A stretch of 64,000 nt of DNA from Eledone cirrhosa (taxonomy: Eukaryota): NCBI GenBank assembly GCA_964016885.1, contig OZ024743.1, forward strand, positions 138,942,001 to 139,006,000, written 5' to 3'. Shown piece by piece: positions 23,591-36,420 of this stretch (its first letter is position 1; each line of letters starts with the position of its first letter). A program made the position numbers and the translations under genes. The notes under the pieces are model-generated. The model saw nothing but the letters and a program-made list of their open reading frames with translations, made no database searches and was not told where the DNA came from.

Positions 23591-26500
23591 TGTTGTTTGG
23601 TGCTGGGTGCTTGGAGTTTGGTTCTTGGTGCTTGGTGCTTAGTGCTTGGTGTTTGGTGTTTGGTGCTTGGTGTTGGGTGTTTGGTGTTTGATGCTTGGTG
23701 TGTGCTGCTTGGTGCTTGGTGCTTGGTGTTTTTTGTTTGGTGCTTGGTGCTTGGTGCCTGGTGCTTGGTGCTTGGTGCTTGTTGTTTGGTGCTTGGTGCT
23801 TGGTGATTAGTGTTTGGTGCTTGGTGCTTGGGGTTTGCTGTTTGGTGCTTGGTGCTTGGTGTTTGGTGTTTGGTGTTTGGTGCTTGGTGTCTGGTGTTTG
23901 GTGTTTGGTGTTTGGTGCTTGGTGCTTGGTGTTTGGGTTTTGGTGCTTGGTGCTTGGTGTTTGGTGTTTGGTGCTTGGTGTTTGGTGCTTGGTGTTTGGT
24001 GCTGAGTGCTTGGTGTTTTGTGCTTGGTGCGTGGTGCTTGGTGTTTGGTGTTTGGCGCTTGGTGCTTGGTGTTTAGTGTTTGATGCTTGGTGTTTGATGC
24101 TTGTTGCTTGGTGCTTGGTGTTTTGTGTTTGGTGTTTCGTGCTTGGTGTATGTACTTGTTGCTTGGTTCTTGGTGTTTGGTGCTTGGTTCTTGGTGTTTG
24201 GTGCTTGGTGCCTGGTGCTTGTTGTATGCTGTTTGGTGCTTGGTGCTTGGTGTTTGGTGTTTGCTGCTTGGTGTCTGGTGTTTGGTGCTTGGTGTTTGGT
24301 GTTTGGTGCTTGGTGCTTGGTGCTTGGTATTTGGTGTTTGGTGCTTGGTGCTTGGTGATTGTTGTTTGGTGCTGGATGCTTGGAGTTTGGTGCTTGGTGC
24401 TTGGTGCTTAGTGCTTGGTGTTTGGTGTTTGGTGCTTGGTGTTGGGTGTTTGGTGTTTGATGCTTGGTGTGTGCTGCTTGGTGCTTGGTGCTTGGTGTTT
24501 TGTGTTTGGTGCTTGGTGCTTGGTGCCTGGTGCTTGGTGCTTGGTGCTTGTTGTTTGGTGCTTGGTGCTTGGTGATTAGTGTTTGGTGCTTGGTGCTTGG
24601 GGTTTGCTGTTTGGTGCTTGGTGCTTGGTGTTTGGTGCTTGGTGCTTGGTGTTTGGTGTTTGGTGCTTGGTGCTTGGTGTTTGGGTTTTGGTGCTTGGTG
24701 CTTGGTGTTTGGTGTTTGGTGCTTGGTGTTTGGTGCTTGGTGTTTGGTGCTGAGTGCTTGGTGTTTGGTGTTTGACTATTGGTGTTTGATGCTTGTTGCT
24801 TGGTGCTTGGTGTTTTGTGTTTGGTGTTTGGTGCTTGGTGTATGTACTTGGTGCTTGGTTCTTGGTGTTTGGTGCTTGGTTCTTGGTGTTTGGTGATTGG
24901 TGCTTGGTGCTTGGTGTTTGGTGCTTGGTGCTTGGTGTTTGGTACTTGGTGCTTGGTGTTTGGTTTTTGATGCTTGGTGTTTGATGCTTGGTGCTTGGTG
25001 CTTGGTGTTAAGTGTTTGGGGCTTGGTGCTTGGTGCATGGTGCTTGGTGTTTGGTGCTTGGTGCCTGGTGCTTGGTGTTTGGTGCTTGGTGCTTGGTGCT
25101 TGGTGTTTGGTGCTTGGTATTTGGTGCTTGGTGCTTGGTGTTTGGTGCTTGGTGTTTGGTGCTTGGTGTTCGGTGCTTGGTGCTTGGTGTTTGGTGCTTG
25201 GTGTTAGGTGATTGGTGCTTGGTGCTTGGTGTTTGATGTTTGATCCTTGGTGCTTGGTGTTTGGTGCTTGGTGCTTGGTGTTTGGTGTTTGGTGCTTGCT
25301 GCTTGCTGCTTGGTGTTTGGTGCTTGGTGATTGGTGCTTGGTGTTGGGTACTTGGTGCTTGTTGTTTGGTGTTTGGTGCTAGGTGCTTGGTGCTTGGTGC
25401 TTGGGGTTTGGTGCTTGGTGCTTGGTGTTTGGTGTTTGGTGCTTGGTGCTTGGGGCTTGGTGTTTGGTGCTTTGTGCTTGGTGCTTGTTGTTTGTTGCTT
25501 GGTGCTTGGTGCTTCGTGTTTGGTGTTTGGTGTTTGGTGCTTGGTGTTTGGTGCTTGGTGGTTGGTGCTGGGTGGTTGGTGTTTGGTGCTTGGTGCTTGG
25601 TGTTTGGTGCTTTGTGCTTGGTGCTTGTTGTTTGGTGCTTGGTGCTTGGTGCTTGGTCTTTGGTGCTTGGAGTTTGGTGGTTGGTGCTTGGTGCTTGGTG
25701 TTTGGTGTTTGGTGTTTGCTGTATGGTGTTTGCTGTTTCGTATTTGGTTTTTGCTGTTTGGTGTTTGGTGTTTGCTGTTTGGTGTTTGGTGTTTGGTGTT
25801 TGGTGCTTTGTGCTTGGTGCTTGGTGTTTGGTGTTTGGTGCTTGGTGCTTGGTGTTTGGTGCTTGGTGCTTGGTGTTTGGTGTTCGGTGCTTGGTGCCTG
25901 GTGCTTGTTGTATGCTGTTTGGTGCCTGGTGCTTGGTGTTTGGTGTTTGGTGTTTGGTGCTTGGTGTCTGGTGTTTGGTGTTTGGTGTTTGGTGCTTGGT
26001 GCTTGCTGTTTGGGTTTTGGTGCTTGGTGCTTGGTGTTTGGTGTTTGGTGCTTGGTGTTTGGTGTTTGGTGCTTGGTGTTTGGTGCTTGGTGTTTGGTGC
26101 TGAGTGCTTGGTGTTTTGTGCTTGGTGCGTGGTGCTTGGTGTTTGGTGTTTGGTGCTTGGTGCTTGGTGTTTGGTGTTTGATGCTTGGTGTTTGATGCTT
26201 GTTGCTTGGTGCTTGGTGTTTTGTGTTTGGTGTTTGGTGCTTGGTGTATGTACTTGGTGCTTGGTTCTTGGTGTTTGGTGCTTGGTTCTTGGTGTTTGGT
26301 GATTGGTGCTTGGGGCTTGGTGTTTGGTGCTTGGTGCTTGGTGTTTGGTACTTGGTGCTTGGTGTTTGGTTTTTGATGCTTGGTGTTTGATGCTTGGTGC
26401 TTGGTGCTTGGTGTTAAGTGTTTGGGGCTTGGTGCTTGTTGCATGGTGCTTGGTGTTTGGTGCTTGGTGCCTGGTGCTTGGTGTTTGGTGCTTGGTGCTT

Positions 26501-29500
26501 GGTGCTTGGTGTTTGGTGCTTGGTATTTGGTGCTTGGTGCTTGGTGTTTGGTGCTTGGTGTTTGGTGCTTGGTGTTCGGTGCTTGGTGCTTGGTGTTTGG
26601 TGCTTGGTGTTAGGTGATTGGTGCTTGGTGCTTGGTGTTTTATGTTTGATCCTTGGTGCTTGGTGTTTGGTGCTTGGTGCTTGGTGTTTGGTGTTTGGTG
26701 CTTGGTGCCTGGTGCTTGTTGTATGCTGTTTGGTGCTTGGTGCTTGGTGTTTGATGTTTGCTGCTTGTTGTCTGGTGTTTGGTGCTTGGTGTTTGGTGTT
26801 TGGTGCTTGGTGCTTGGTGCTTGGTATTTGGTGTTTGGTGCTTGGTGCTTGGTGTTTGTTGTTTGGTGCTGGGTGCTTGGAGTTTGGTTCTTGGTGCTTG
26901 GTGCTTAGTGCTTGGTGTTTGGTGTTTGGTGCTTGGTGTTGGGTGTTTGGTGTTTGATGCTTGGTGTGTGCTGCTTGGTGCTTGGTGCTTGGTGTTTTTT
27001 GTTTGGTGCTTGGTGCTTGGTGCCTGGTGCTTGGTGCTTGGTGCTTGTTGTTTGGTGCTTGGTGCTTGGTGATTAGTGTTTGGTGCTTGGTGCTTGGGGT
27101 TTGCTGTTTGGTGCTTGGTGCTTGGTGTTTGGTGTTTGGTGTTTGGTGCTTGGTGTCTGGTGTTTGGTGTTTGGTGTTTGGTGCTTGGTGCTTGGTGTTT
27201 GGGTTTTGGTGCTTGGTGCTTGGTGTTTGGTGTTTGGTGCTTGGTGTTTGGTGCTTGGTGTTTGGTGCTGAGTGCTTGGTGTTTTGTGCTTGGTGCGTGG
27301 TGCTTGGTGTTTGGTGTTTGGCGCTTGGTGCTTGGTGTTTGGTGTTTGATGCTTGGTGTTTGATGCTTGTTGCTTGGTGCTTGGTGTTTTGTGTTTGGTG
27401 TTTCGTGCTTGGTGTATGTACTTGTTGCTTGGTTCTTGGTGTTTGGTGCTTGGTTCTTGGTGTTTGGTGATTGGTGCTTGGTGCTTGGTGTTTGGTGCTT
27501 GGTGCTTGGTGTTTGGTACTTGGTGCTTGGTGTTTGGTTTTTGATGCTTGGTGTTTGATGCTTGGTGCTTGGTGCTTGGTGTTTAAGTGTTTGGGGCTTG
27601 GTGCTTGGTGCATGGTGCTTGGTGTTTGGTGCTTGGTGCCTGGTGCTTGGTGTTTGGTGCTTGGTGCTTGGTGCTTGGTGTTTGGTGCTTGGTATTTGGT
27701 GCTTGGTGCTTGGTGTTTGGTGCTTGGTGTTTGGTGCTTGGTGTTCGGTGCTTGGTGCTTGGTGTTTGGTGCTTGGTGTTAGGTGATTGGTGCTTGGTGC
27801 TTGGTGTTTGATGTTTGATCCTTGGTGCTTGGTGTTTGGTGCTTGGTGCTTGGTGTTTGGTGTTTGGTGCTTGTTGCTTGCTGCTTGGTGTTTGGTGCTT
27901 GGTGATTGGTGCTTGGTGTTGGGTACTTGGTGCTTGTTGTTTGGTGTTTGGTGCTAGGTGCTTGATGCTTGGTGCTTGGTGTTTGGTGTTTGGTGCTTGG
28001 TGCTTGGGGCTTGGTGTTTGGTGCTTTGTGCTTGGTGCTTGGTGTTTGGTGCTTGCTGCTTGGTGCTGGGTGGTTGGTGTTTGGTGCTTGGTGCTTGGTG
28101 TTTGGTGCTTGGTGGTTGGTGCTTGGGGTTTGGTGCTTGGTGCTTGGTGCTTGGTGCTTGGTCTTTGGTGATTGGTGTTTGGTGTTTGGTGCTTGGTGCT
28201 TGGTGTTTGATGCTTGGTGCTTGGTGATTGGTGTTTGGTGCTTGGTGCTTGGTGCTTGGTGTTCGGTGCTTGGTGCTTGGTGTTTGGTGCTTGGTGTTAG
28301 GTGATTGGTGCTTGGTGCTTGGTGTTTTATGTTTGATCCTTGGTGCTTGGTGTTTGGTGCTTGGTGCTTGGTGTTTGGTGTTTGGTGCTTGGTGCCTGGT
28401 GCTTGTTGTATGCTGTTTGGTGCTTGGTGCTTGGTGTTTGATGTTTGCTGCTTGTTGTCTGGTGTTTGGTGCTTGGTGTTTGGTGTTTGGTGCTTGGTGC
28501 TTGGTGCTTGGTATTTGGTGTTTGGTGCTTGGTGCTTGGTGTTTGTTGTTTGGTGCTGGGTGCTTGGAGTTTGGTTCTTGGTGCTTGGTGCTTAGTGCTT
28601 GGTGTTTGGTGTTTGGTGCTTGGTGTTGGGTGTTTGGTGTTTGATGCTTGGTGTGTGCTGCTTGGTGCTTGGTGCTTGGTGTTTTTTGTTTGGTGCTTGG
28701 TGCTTGGTGCCTGGTGCTTGGTGCTTGGTGCTTGTTGTTTGGTGCTTGGTGCTTGGTGATTAGTGTTTGGTGCTTGGTGCTTGGGGTTTGCTGTTTGGTG
28801 CTTGGTGCTTGGTGTTTGGTGTTTGGTGTTTGGTGCTTGGTGTCTGGTGTTTGGTGTTTGGTGTTTGGTGCTTGGTGCTTGGTGTTTGGGTTTTGGTGCT
28901 TGGTGCTTGGTGTTTGGTGTTTGGTGCTTGGTGTTTGGTGCTTGGTGTTTGGTGCTGAGTGCTTGGTGTTTTGTGCTTGGTGCGTGGTGCTTGGTGTTTG
29001 GTGTTTGGCGCTTGGTGCTTGGTGTTTGGTGTTTGATACTTGGTGTTTGATGCTTGTTGCTTGGTGCTTGGTGTTTTGTGTTTGGTGTTTCGTGCTTGGT
29101 GTATGTACTTGTTGCTTGGTTCTTGGTGTTTGGTGCTTGGTTCTTGGTGTTTGGTGATTGGTGCTTGGTGCTTGGTGTTTGGTGCTTGGTGCTTGGTGTT
29201 TGGTACTTGGTGCTTGGTGTTTGGTTTTTGATGCTTGGTATTTGATGCTTGGTGCTTGGTGCTTGGTGTTTAAGTGTTTGGGGCTTGGTGCTTGGTGCAT
29301 GGTGCTTGGTGTTTGGTGCTTGGTGCCTGGTGCTTGGTGTTTGGTCCTTGGTGCTTGGTGCTTGGTGTTTGGTGCTTGGTATATGGTGCTTGGTGCTTGG
29401 TGTTTGGTGCTTGGTGTTTGGTGCTTGGTGTTCGGTGCTTGGTGCTTGGTGTTTGGTGCTTGGTGTTAGGTAATTGGTGCTTGGTGCTTGGTGTTTGATG

Positions 29501-32500
29501 TTTGATCCTTGGTGCTTGGTGTTTGGTGCTTGGTGCTTGGTGTTTGGTGTTTGGTGCTTGTTGCTTGCTGCTTGGTGTTTGGTGCTTGGTGATTGGTGCT
29601 AGGTGTTGGGTACTTGGTGCTTGTTGTTTGGTGTTTGGTGCTAGGTGCTTGATGCTTGGTGCTTGGTGTTTGGTGTTTGGTGCTTGGTGCTTGGGGCTTG
29701 GTGTTTGGTGCTTTGTGCTTGGTGCTTGGTGTTTGGTGCTTGGTGCTTGGTGCTTCGTGTTTGGTGTTTGGTGTTTGGTGCTTGGTGTTTGGTGCTTGCT
29801 GCTTGGTGCTGGGTGGTTGGTGTTTGGTGCTTGGTGCTTGGTGTTTGGTGCTTGGTGGTTGGTGCTTGGGGTTTGGTGCTTGGTGCTTGGTGCTTGGTGC
29901 TTGGTCTTTGGTGATTGGTGTTTGGTGTTTGGTGCTTGGTGCTTGGTGTTTGATGCTTGGTGCTTGGTGATTGGTGTTTGGTGCTTGGTGCTTGGTGCTT
30001 GGTGATTAGTGTTTGGTGCTTGGTGCTTGGTGCCTGGTGCTTGGTGCTTGGTGCTTGTTGTTTGATGCTTGGTGCTTGGTGATTAGTGTTTGGTGCTTGG
30101 TGCTTGGGGTTTGGTGTTTGGTGCTTGGGGTTTGGTGTTTGGTGCTTGGTGCTTGGTGTTTGGTGCTTGGTGCTTGGTGTTTGGTTCTTGGTGCTTTGTG
30201 TTTGATGCTTGGTGTTTGGTGCTTGGTGCTTGATGCTTGGTGCTTGGTGTTAGGTGTTTGGTGCTTGGTGCTTGGTGTTTGATGTTTGGTCCTTGGTGCT
30301 TGGTGTTTGGTGTTTGGTGCTTGGTGCTAGGTGTTTTGTGTGTGGTGCTTGCTGCTTGGTGCTTGGTGTTTTGTGTTAGGAGTTTGGTGCTTGATGTTTG
30401 GTGCTTCGGTCTTGGTGCTTGGTGATTGGTGTTTGGTGTTTGGTGTATGGTGCTTGGTGCTTGGTGTTTGGTGCTTCGTGCTTGGTGCTTGGTGTTTGGT
30501 GCATGGTGCTTGGTGTTTGGGGCTTGGTGCCTGGTGCTTTGTGTTTGCTGCTAGGTGCTTGGTGCTTGGTGTTTGATGTTTGGTCCTTGGTGCTTGGTGT
30601 TTGATGTTTGGTCCTTGGTGCTTGGTGTTTGGTATTTGGTGCTTGGTGCTTGGTGTTTGGTGTTTGGTGCTTGCTGCTTGCTGCTTGGTGTTTGGTGCTT
30701 GGTGATTGGTGCTTGGTGTTTTGTGCTTGGTGCTTGGTGTTTGGTGTTTGGTGCTAGGGGCTTGGTGCTTGGTGCTTGGTGTTTGGTGCTTGGTGCTTGG
30801 TGTTTGGTGTTTGGTGCTTGGTGCGTGGGACTTGGTGTTTGGTGCTTGGTGTTTGGTGCTTGGTGCTTGGTGCTTGGTGTTTGATGTTTGATCCTTGGTG
30901 CTTGGTGTTTGGTGCTTGGTGCTTGGAGTTTGGTGGTTGGTGCTTGGTGCTTGGTGTTTGGTGTTTGGTGTTTGCTGTATGGTGTTTGCTGTTTCGTATT
31001 TGGTTTTTGCTGTTTGGTGTTTGGTGTTTGCTGTTTGGTGTTTGGTGTTTGGTGTTTGGTGCTTTGTGCTTGGTGCTTGGTGTTTGGTGTTTGGTGCTTG
31101 GTGCTTGGTGTTTGGTGCTTGGTGCTTGGTGTTTGGTGTTCGGTGCTTGGTGCCTGGTGCTTGTTGTATGCTGTTTGGTGCCTGGTGCTTGGTGTTTGGT
31201 GTTTGGTGTTTGGTGCTTGGTGTCTGGTGTTTGGTGTTTGGTGTTTGGTGCTTGGTCCTTGGTGTTTGGGTTTTGCTGCTTGGTGCTTGGTGTTTGGTGT
31301 TTGGTGCTTGGTGTTTGGTGCTTGGTGTTTGGTGCTGAGTGCTTGGTGTTTTGTGCTTGGTGCGTGGTGCTTGGTGTTTGGTGTTTGGTGCTTGGTGCTT
31401 GGTGTTTGGTGTTTGATGCTTGGTGTTTGATGCTTGTTGCTTGGTGCTTGGTGTTTTGTGTTTGGTGTTTGGTGCTTGGTGTATGTACTTGGTGCTTGGT
31501 TCTTGGTGTTTGGTGCTTGGTTCTTGGTGTTTGGTGATTGGTGCTTGGGGCTTGGTGTTTGGTGCTTGGTGCTTGGTGTTTGGTACTTGGTGCTTGGTGT
31601 TTGGTTTTTGATGCTTGGTGTTTGATGCTTGGTGCTTGGTGCTTGGTGTTAAGTGTTTGGGGCTTGGTGCTTGTTGCATGGTGCTTGGTGTTTGGTGCTT
31701 GGTGCCTGGTGCTTGGTGTTTGGTGCTTGGTGCTTGGTGCTTGGTGTTTGGTGCTTGGTATTTGGTGCTTGGTGCTTGGTGTTTGGTGCTTGGTGTTTGG
31801 TGCTTGGTGTTCGGTGCTTGGTGCTTGGTGCTTGGTGCTTGGTGTTAGGTGATTGGTGCTTGGTGCTTGGTGTTTTATGTTTGATCCTTGGTGCTTGGTG
31901 TTTGGTGCTTGGTGCTTGGTGTTTGGTGTTTGGTGCTTGGTGCCTGGTGCTTGTTGTATGCTGTTTGGTGCTTGGTGCTTGGTGTTTGGTGTTTGCTGCT
32001 TGTTGTCTGGTGTTTGGTGCTTGGTGTTTGGTGTTTGGTGCTTGGTGCTTGGTGCTTGGTATTTGGTGTTTGGTGCTTGGTGCTTGGTGTTTGTTGTTTG
32101 GTGCTGGGTGCTTGGAGTTTGGTTCTTGGTGCTTGGTGCTTAGTGCTTGGTGTTTGGTGTTTGGTGCTTGGTGTTGGGTGTTTGGTGTTTGATGCTTGGT
32201 GTGTGCTGCTTGGTGCTTGGTGCTTGGTGTTTTTTGTTTGGTGCTTGGTGCTTGGTGCCTGGTGCTTGGTGCTTGGTGCTTGTTGTTTGGTGCTTGGTGC
32301 TTGGTGATTAGTGTTTGGTGCTTGGTGCTTGGGGTTTGCTGTTTGGTGCTTGGTGCTTGGTGTTTGGTGTTTGGTGTTTGGTGCTTGGTGTCTGGTGTTT
32401 GGTGTTTGGTGTTTGGTGCTTGGTGCTTGGTGTTTGGGTTTTGGTGCTTGGTGCTTGGTGTTTGGTGTTTGGTGCTTGGTGTTTGGTGCTTGGTGTTTGG

Positions 32501-35500
32501 TGCTGAGTGCTTGGTGTTTTGTGCTTGGTGCGTGGTGCTTGGTGTTTGGTGTTTGGCGCTTGGTGCTTGGTGTTTGGTGTTTGATGCTTGGTGTTTGATG
32601 CTTGTTGCTTGGTGCTTGGTGTTTTGTGTTTGGTGTTTCGTGCTTGGTGTATGTACTTGTTGCTTGGTTCTTGGTGTTTGGTGCTTGGTTCTTGGTGTTT
32701 GGTGCTTGGTGCCTGGTGCTAGTTGTATGCTGTTTGGTGCTTGGTGCTTGGTGTTTGGTGTTTGCTGCTTGGTGTCTGGTGTTTGGTGGTTGGTGTTTGG
32801 TGTTTGGTGCTTGGTGCTTGGTGCTTGGTATTTGGTGTTTGGTGCTTGGTGCTTGGTGATTGTTGTTTGGTGCTGGGTGCTTGGAGTTTGGTGCTTGGTG
32901 CTTGGTGCTTAGTGCTTGGTGTTTGGTGTTTGGTGCTTGGTGTTGGGTGTTTGGTGTTTGATACTTGGTGTGTGCTGCTTGGTGCTTGGTGCTTGGTGTT
33001 TTGTGTTTGGTGCTTGGTGCTTGGTGTCTGGTGCTTGGTGCTTGGTGCTTGTTGTTTGGTGCTTGGTGCTTGGTGATTAGTGTTTGGTGCTTGGTGCTTG
33101 GTGCTTGGTGTTTGGTGCTTGGTGTTTGGTGTTTGGTGTTTGGTGCTTGGTGCTTGGTGTTTGGGTTTTGGTGCTTGGTGCTTGGTTTTTGGTGTTTGGT
33201 GCTTGGTGTTTGGTGCTTGGTGTTTGGTGCTGAGTGCTTGGTGTTTGGTGTTTGACGCTTGGTGTTTGATGCTTGTTGCTTGGTGCTTGGTGTTTTGTGT
33301 TTGGTGTTTGGTGCTTGGTGTATGTACTTGGTGCTTGGTTCTTGGTGTTTGGTGCTTGGTTCTTGGTGTTTGGTGATTGGTGCTTGGTACTTGGTGTTTG
33401 GTGCTTGGTGCTTGGTGTTTGGTACTTGGTGCTTGGTGTTTGGTTTTTGATGCTTGGTGTTTGATGCTTGGTGCTTGGTGCTTGGTGTTAAGTGTTTGGG
33501 GCTTGGTGCTTGGTGCATGGTGCTTGGTGTTTGGTGCTTGGTGCCTGGTGCTTGGTGTTTGGTGCTTGGTGCTTGGTGCTTGGTGTTTTGTGCTTGGTAT
33601 TTGGTGCTTGGTGCTTGGTGTTTGGTGCTTGGTGTTTGGTGCTTGGTGTTCGGTGCTTGGTGCTTGGTGTTTGGTGCTTGGTGTTAGGTGATTGGTGCTT
33701 GGTGCTTGGTGTTTGATGTTTGATCCTTGGTGCTTGGTGTTTGGTGCTTGGTGCTTGGTGTTTGGTGTTTGGTGCTTGCTGCTTGCTGCTTGGTGTTTGG
33801 TGCTTGGTGATTGGTGCTTGGTGTTGGGTACTTGGTGCTTGTTGTTTGGTGTTTGGTGCTAGGTGCTTGGTGCTTGGTGCTTGGGGTTTGGTGCTTGGTG
33901 CTTGGTGTTTGGTGTTTGGTGCTTGGTGCTTGGGGCTTGGTGTTTGGTGCTTTGTGCTTGGTGCTTGTTGTTTGGTGCTTGGTGCTTGGTGCTTCGTGTT
34001 TGGTGTTTGGTGTTTGGTGCTTGGTGTTTGGTGCTTGGTGGTTGGTGCTGGGTGGTTGGTGTTTGGTGCTTGGTGCTTGGTGTTTGGTGCTTGGTGCTTG
34101 GTGCTTGTTGTTTGGTGCTTGGTGCTTGGTGCTTGGTCTTTGGTGCTTGGAGTTTGGTGGTTGGTGCTTGGTGCTTGGTGTTTGGTGTTTGGTGTTTGCT
34201 GTTTGGTGTTTGCTGTTTGGTGTCTGCTTTTTGGTGTTTGGTGTTTGCTGTATGGTGTTTGCTGTTTCGTATTTGGTTTTTGCTGTTTGGTGTTTGGTGT
34301 TTGCTGTTTGGTGTTTGGTGTTTGGTGTTTGGTGCTTTGTGCTTGGTGCTTGGTGTTTGGTGTTTGGTGCTTGGTGCTTGGTGTTTGGTGCTTGGTGCTT
34401 GGTGTTTGGTGTTTGGTGCTTGGTGCCTGGTGCTTGTTGTATGCTTTTTGGTGCCTGGTGCTTGGTGTTTGGTGTTTGGTGTTTGGTGCTTGGTGTCTGG
34501 TGTTTGGTGTTTGGTGTTTGGTGCTTGGTGCTTGGTGTTTGGGTTTTGGTGCTTGGTGCTTGGTGTTTGGTGTTTGGTGCTTGGTGTTTGGTGCTTGGTG
34601 CTTGGTGCTGAGTGCTTGGTGTTTTGTGCTTGGTGCGTGGTGCTTGGTGTTTGGTGTTTGGTGCTTGGTGCTTGGTGTTTGGTGTTTGATGCTTGGTGTT
34701 TGATGCTTGTTGCTTGGTGCTTGGTGTTTTGTGTTTGGTGTTTGGTGCTTGGTGTATGTACTTGGTGCTTGGTTCTTGGTGTTTGGTGCTTGGTTCTTGG
34801 TGTTTGGTGATTGGTGCTTGGGGCTTGGTGTTTGGTGCTTGGTGCTTGGTGTTTGGTACTTGGTGCTTGGTGTTTGGTTTTTGATGCTTGGTGTTTGATG
34901 CTTGGTGCTTGGTGCTTGGTGTTAAGTGTTTGGGGCTTGGTGCTTGTTGCATGGTGCTTGGTGTTTGGTGCTTGGTGCCTGGTGCTTGGTGTTTGGTGCT
35001 TGGTGCTTGGTGCTTGGTGTTTGGTGCTTGGTATTTGGTGCTTGGTGCTTGGTGTTTGGTGCTTGGTGTTTGGTGCTTGGTGTTCGGTGCTTGGTGCTTG
35101 GTGTTTGGTGCTTGGTGTTAGGTGATTGGTGCTTGGTGCTTGGTGTTTTATGTTTGATCCTTGGTGCTTGGTGTTTGGTGCTTGGTGCTTGGTGTTTGGT
35201 GTTTGGTGCTTGGTGCCTGGTGCTTGTTGTATGCTGTTTGGTGCTTGGTGCTTGGTGTTTGGTGTTTGCTGCTTGTTGTCTGGTGTTTGGTGCTTGGTGT
35301 TTGGTGTTTGGTGCTTGGTGCTTGGTGCTTGGTATTTGGTGTTTGGTGCTTGGTGCTTGGTGTTTGTTGTTTGGTGCTGGGTGCTTGGAGTTTGGTTCTT
35401 GGTGCTTGGTGCTTAGTGCTTGGTGTTTGGTGTTTAGTGCTTGGTGTTGGGTGTTTGGTGTTTGATGCTTGGTGTGTGCTGCTTGGTGCTTGGTGCTTGT

Positions 35501-36420
35501 TGTTTTTTGTTTGGTGCTTGGTGCTTGGTGATTAGTGTTTGGTGCTTGGGGCTTGGGGTTTGCTGTTTGGTGCTTGGTGCTTGGTGTTTGGTGTTTGGTG
35601 TTTGGTGCTTGGTGTCTGGTGTTTGGTGTTTGGTGTTTGGTGCTTGGTGCTTGGTGTTTGGGTTTTGGTGCTTGGTGCTTGGTGTTTGGTGTTTGGTGCT
35701 TGGTGTTTGGTGCTTGGTGTTTGGTGCGGAGTGCTTGGTGTTTTGTGCTTGGTGCGTGGTGCTTGGTGTTTGGTGTTAGGCGCTTGGTGCTTGGTGTTTG
35801 GTGTTTGATGCTTGGTGTTTGATGCTTGTTGCTTGGTGCTTGGTGTTTTGTGTTTGGTGTTTCGTGCTTGGTGTATGTACTTGTTGCTTGGTTCTTGGTG
35901 TTTGGTGCTTGGTTCTAGGTGTTTGGTGATTGGTGCTTGGTGCTTGGTGTTTGGTGCTTGGTGCTTGGTGTTTGGTACTTGGTGCTTGGTGTTTGGTTTT
36001 TGATGCTTGGTGTTTGATGCTTGGTGCTTGGTGCTTGGTGTTTAAGTGTTTGGGGCTTGGTGCTTGGTGCATGGTGCTTGGTGTTTGGTGCTTGGTGCCT
36101 GGTGCTTGGTGTTTGGTGCTTGGTGCTTGGTGCTTGGTGTTTGGTGCTTGGTATTTGGTGCTTGGTGCTTGGTGTTTGGTGCTTGGAGTTTGGTGCTTGG
36201 TGTTCGGTGCTTGGTGCTTGGTGTTTGGTGCTTGGTGTTAGGTGATTGGTGCTTGGTGCTTGGTGTTTGATGTTTGATCCTTGGTGCTTGGTGTTTGGTG
36301 CTTGGTGCTTGGTGTTTGGTGTTTGGTGCTTGTTGCTTGCTGCTTGGTGTTTGGTGCTTGGTGATTGGTGCTTGGTGTTGGGTACTTGGTGCTTGTTGTT
36401 TGGTGTTTGGTGCTAGGTGC
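22400..36420. repeat. ~8.5-kb-offset duplication (~22.4-27.9 kb / ~30.9-36.4 kb)
   Basis: Landmark and ORF offsets are 8501 (22919/31420, 23695/32196, 24464/32965), 8480 (24779/33259, 25240/33720), 8508 and 8459, all differing by multiples of 7. Both copies share the same truncated-C-to-A junction (~24200 and ~32700). Confidence 0.8.
26570..29990. repeat. 1687-bp tandem duplication of module C
   Basis: Offset 1687 for ORFs 26618/28305, 26961/28648 and 27815/29502, and for ATGTAC 27416/29103. Shared private variants are TTGATGT-TTGCTGC (26751/28438) and TAGGTGC-TTGATGC. Confidence 0.88.
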
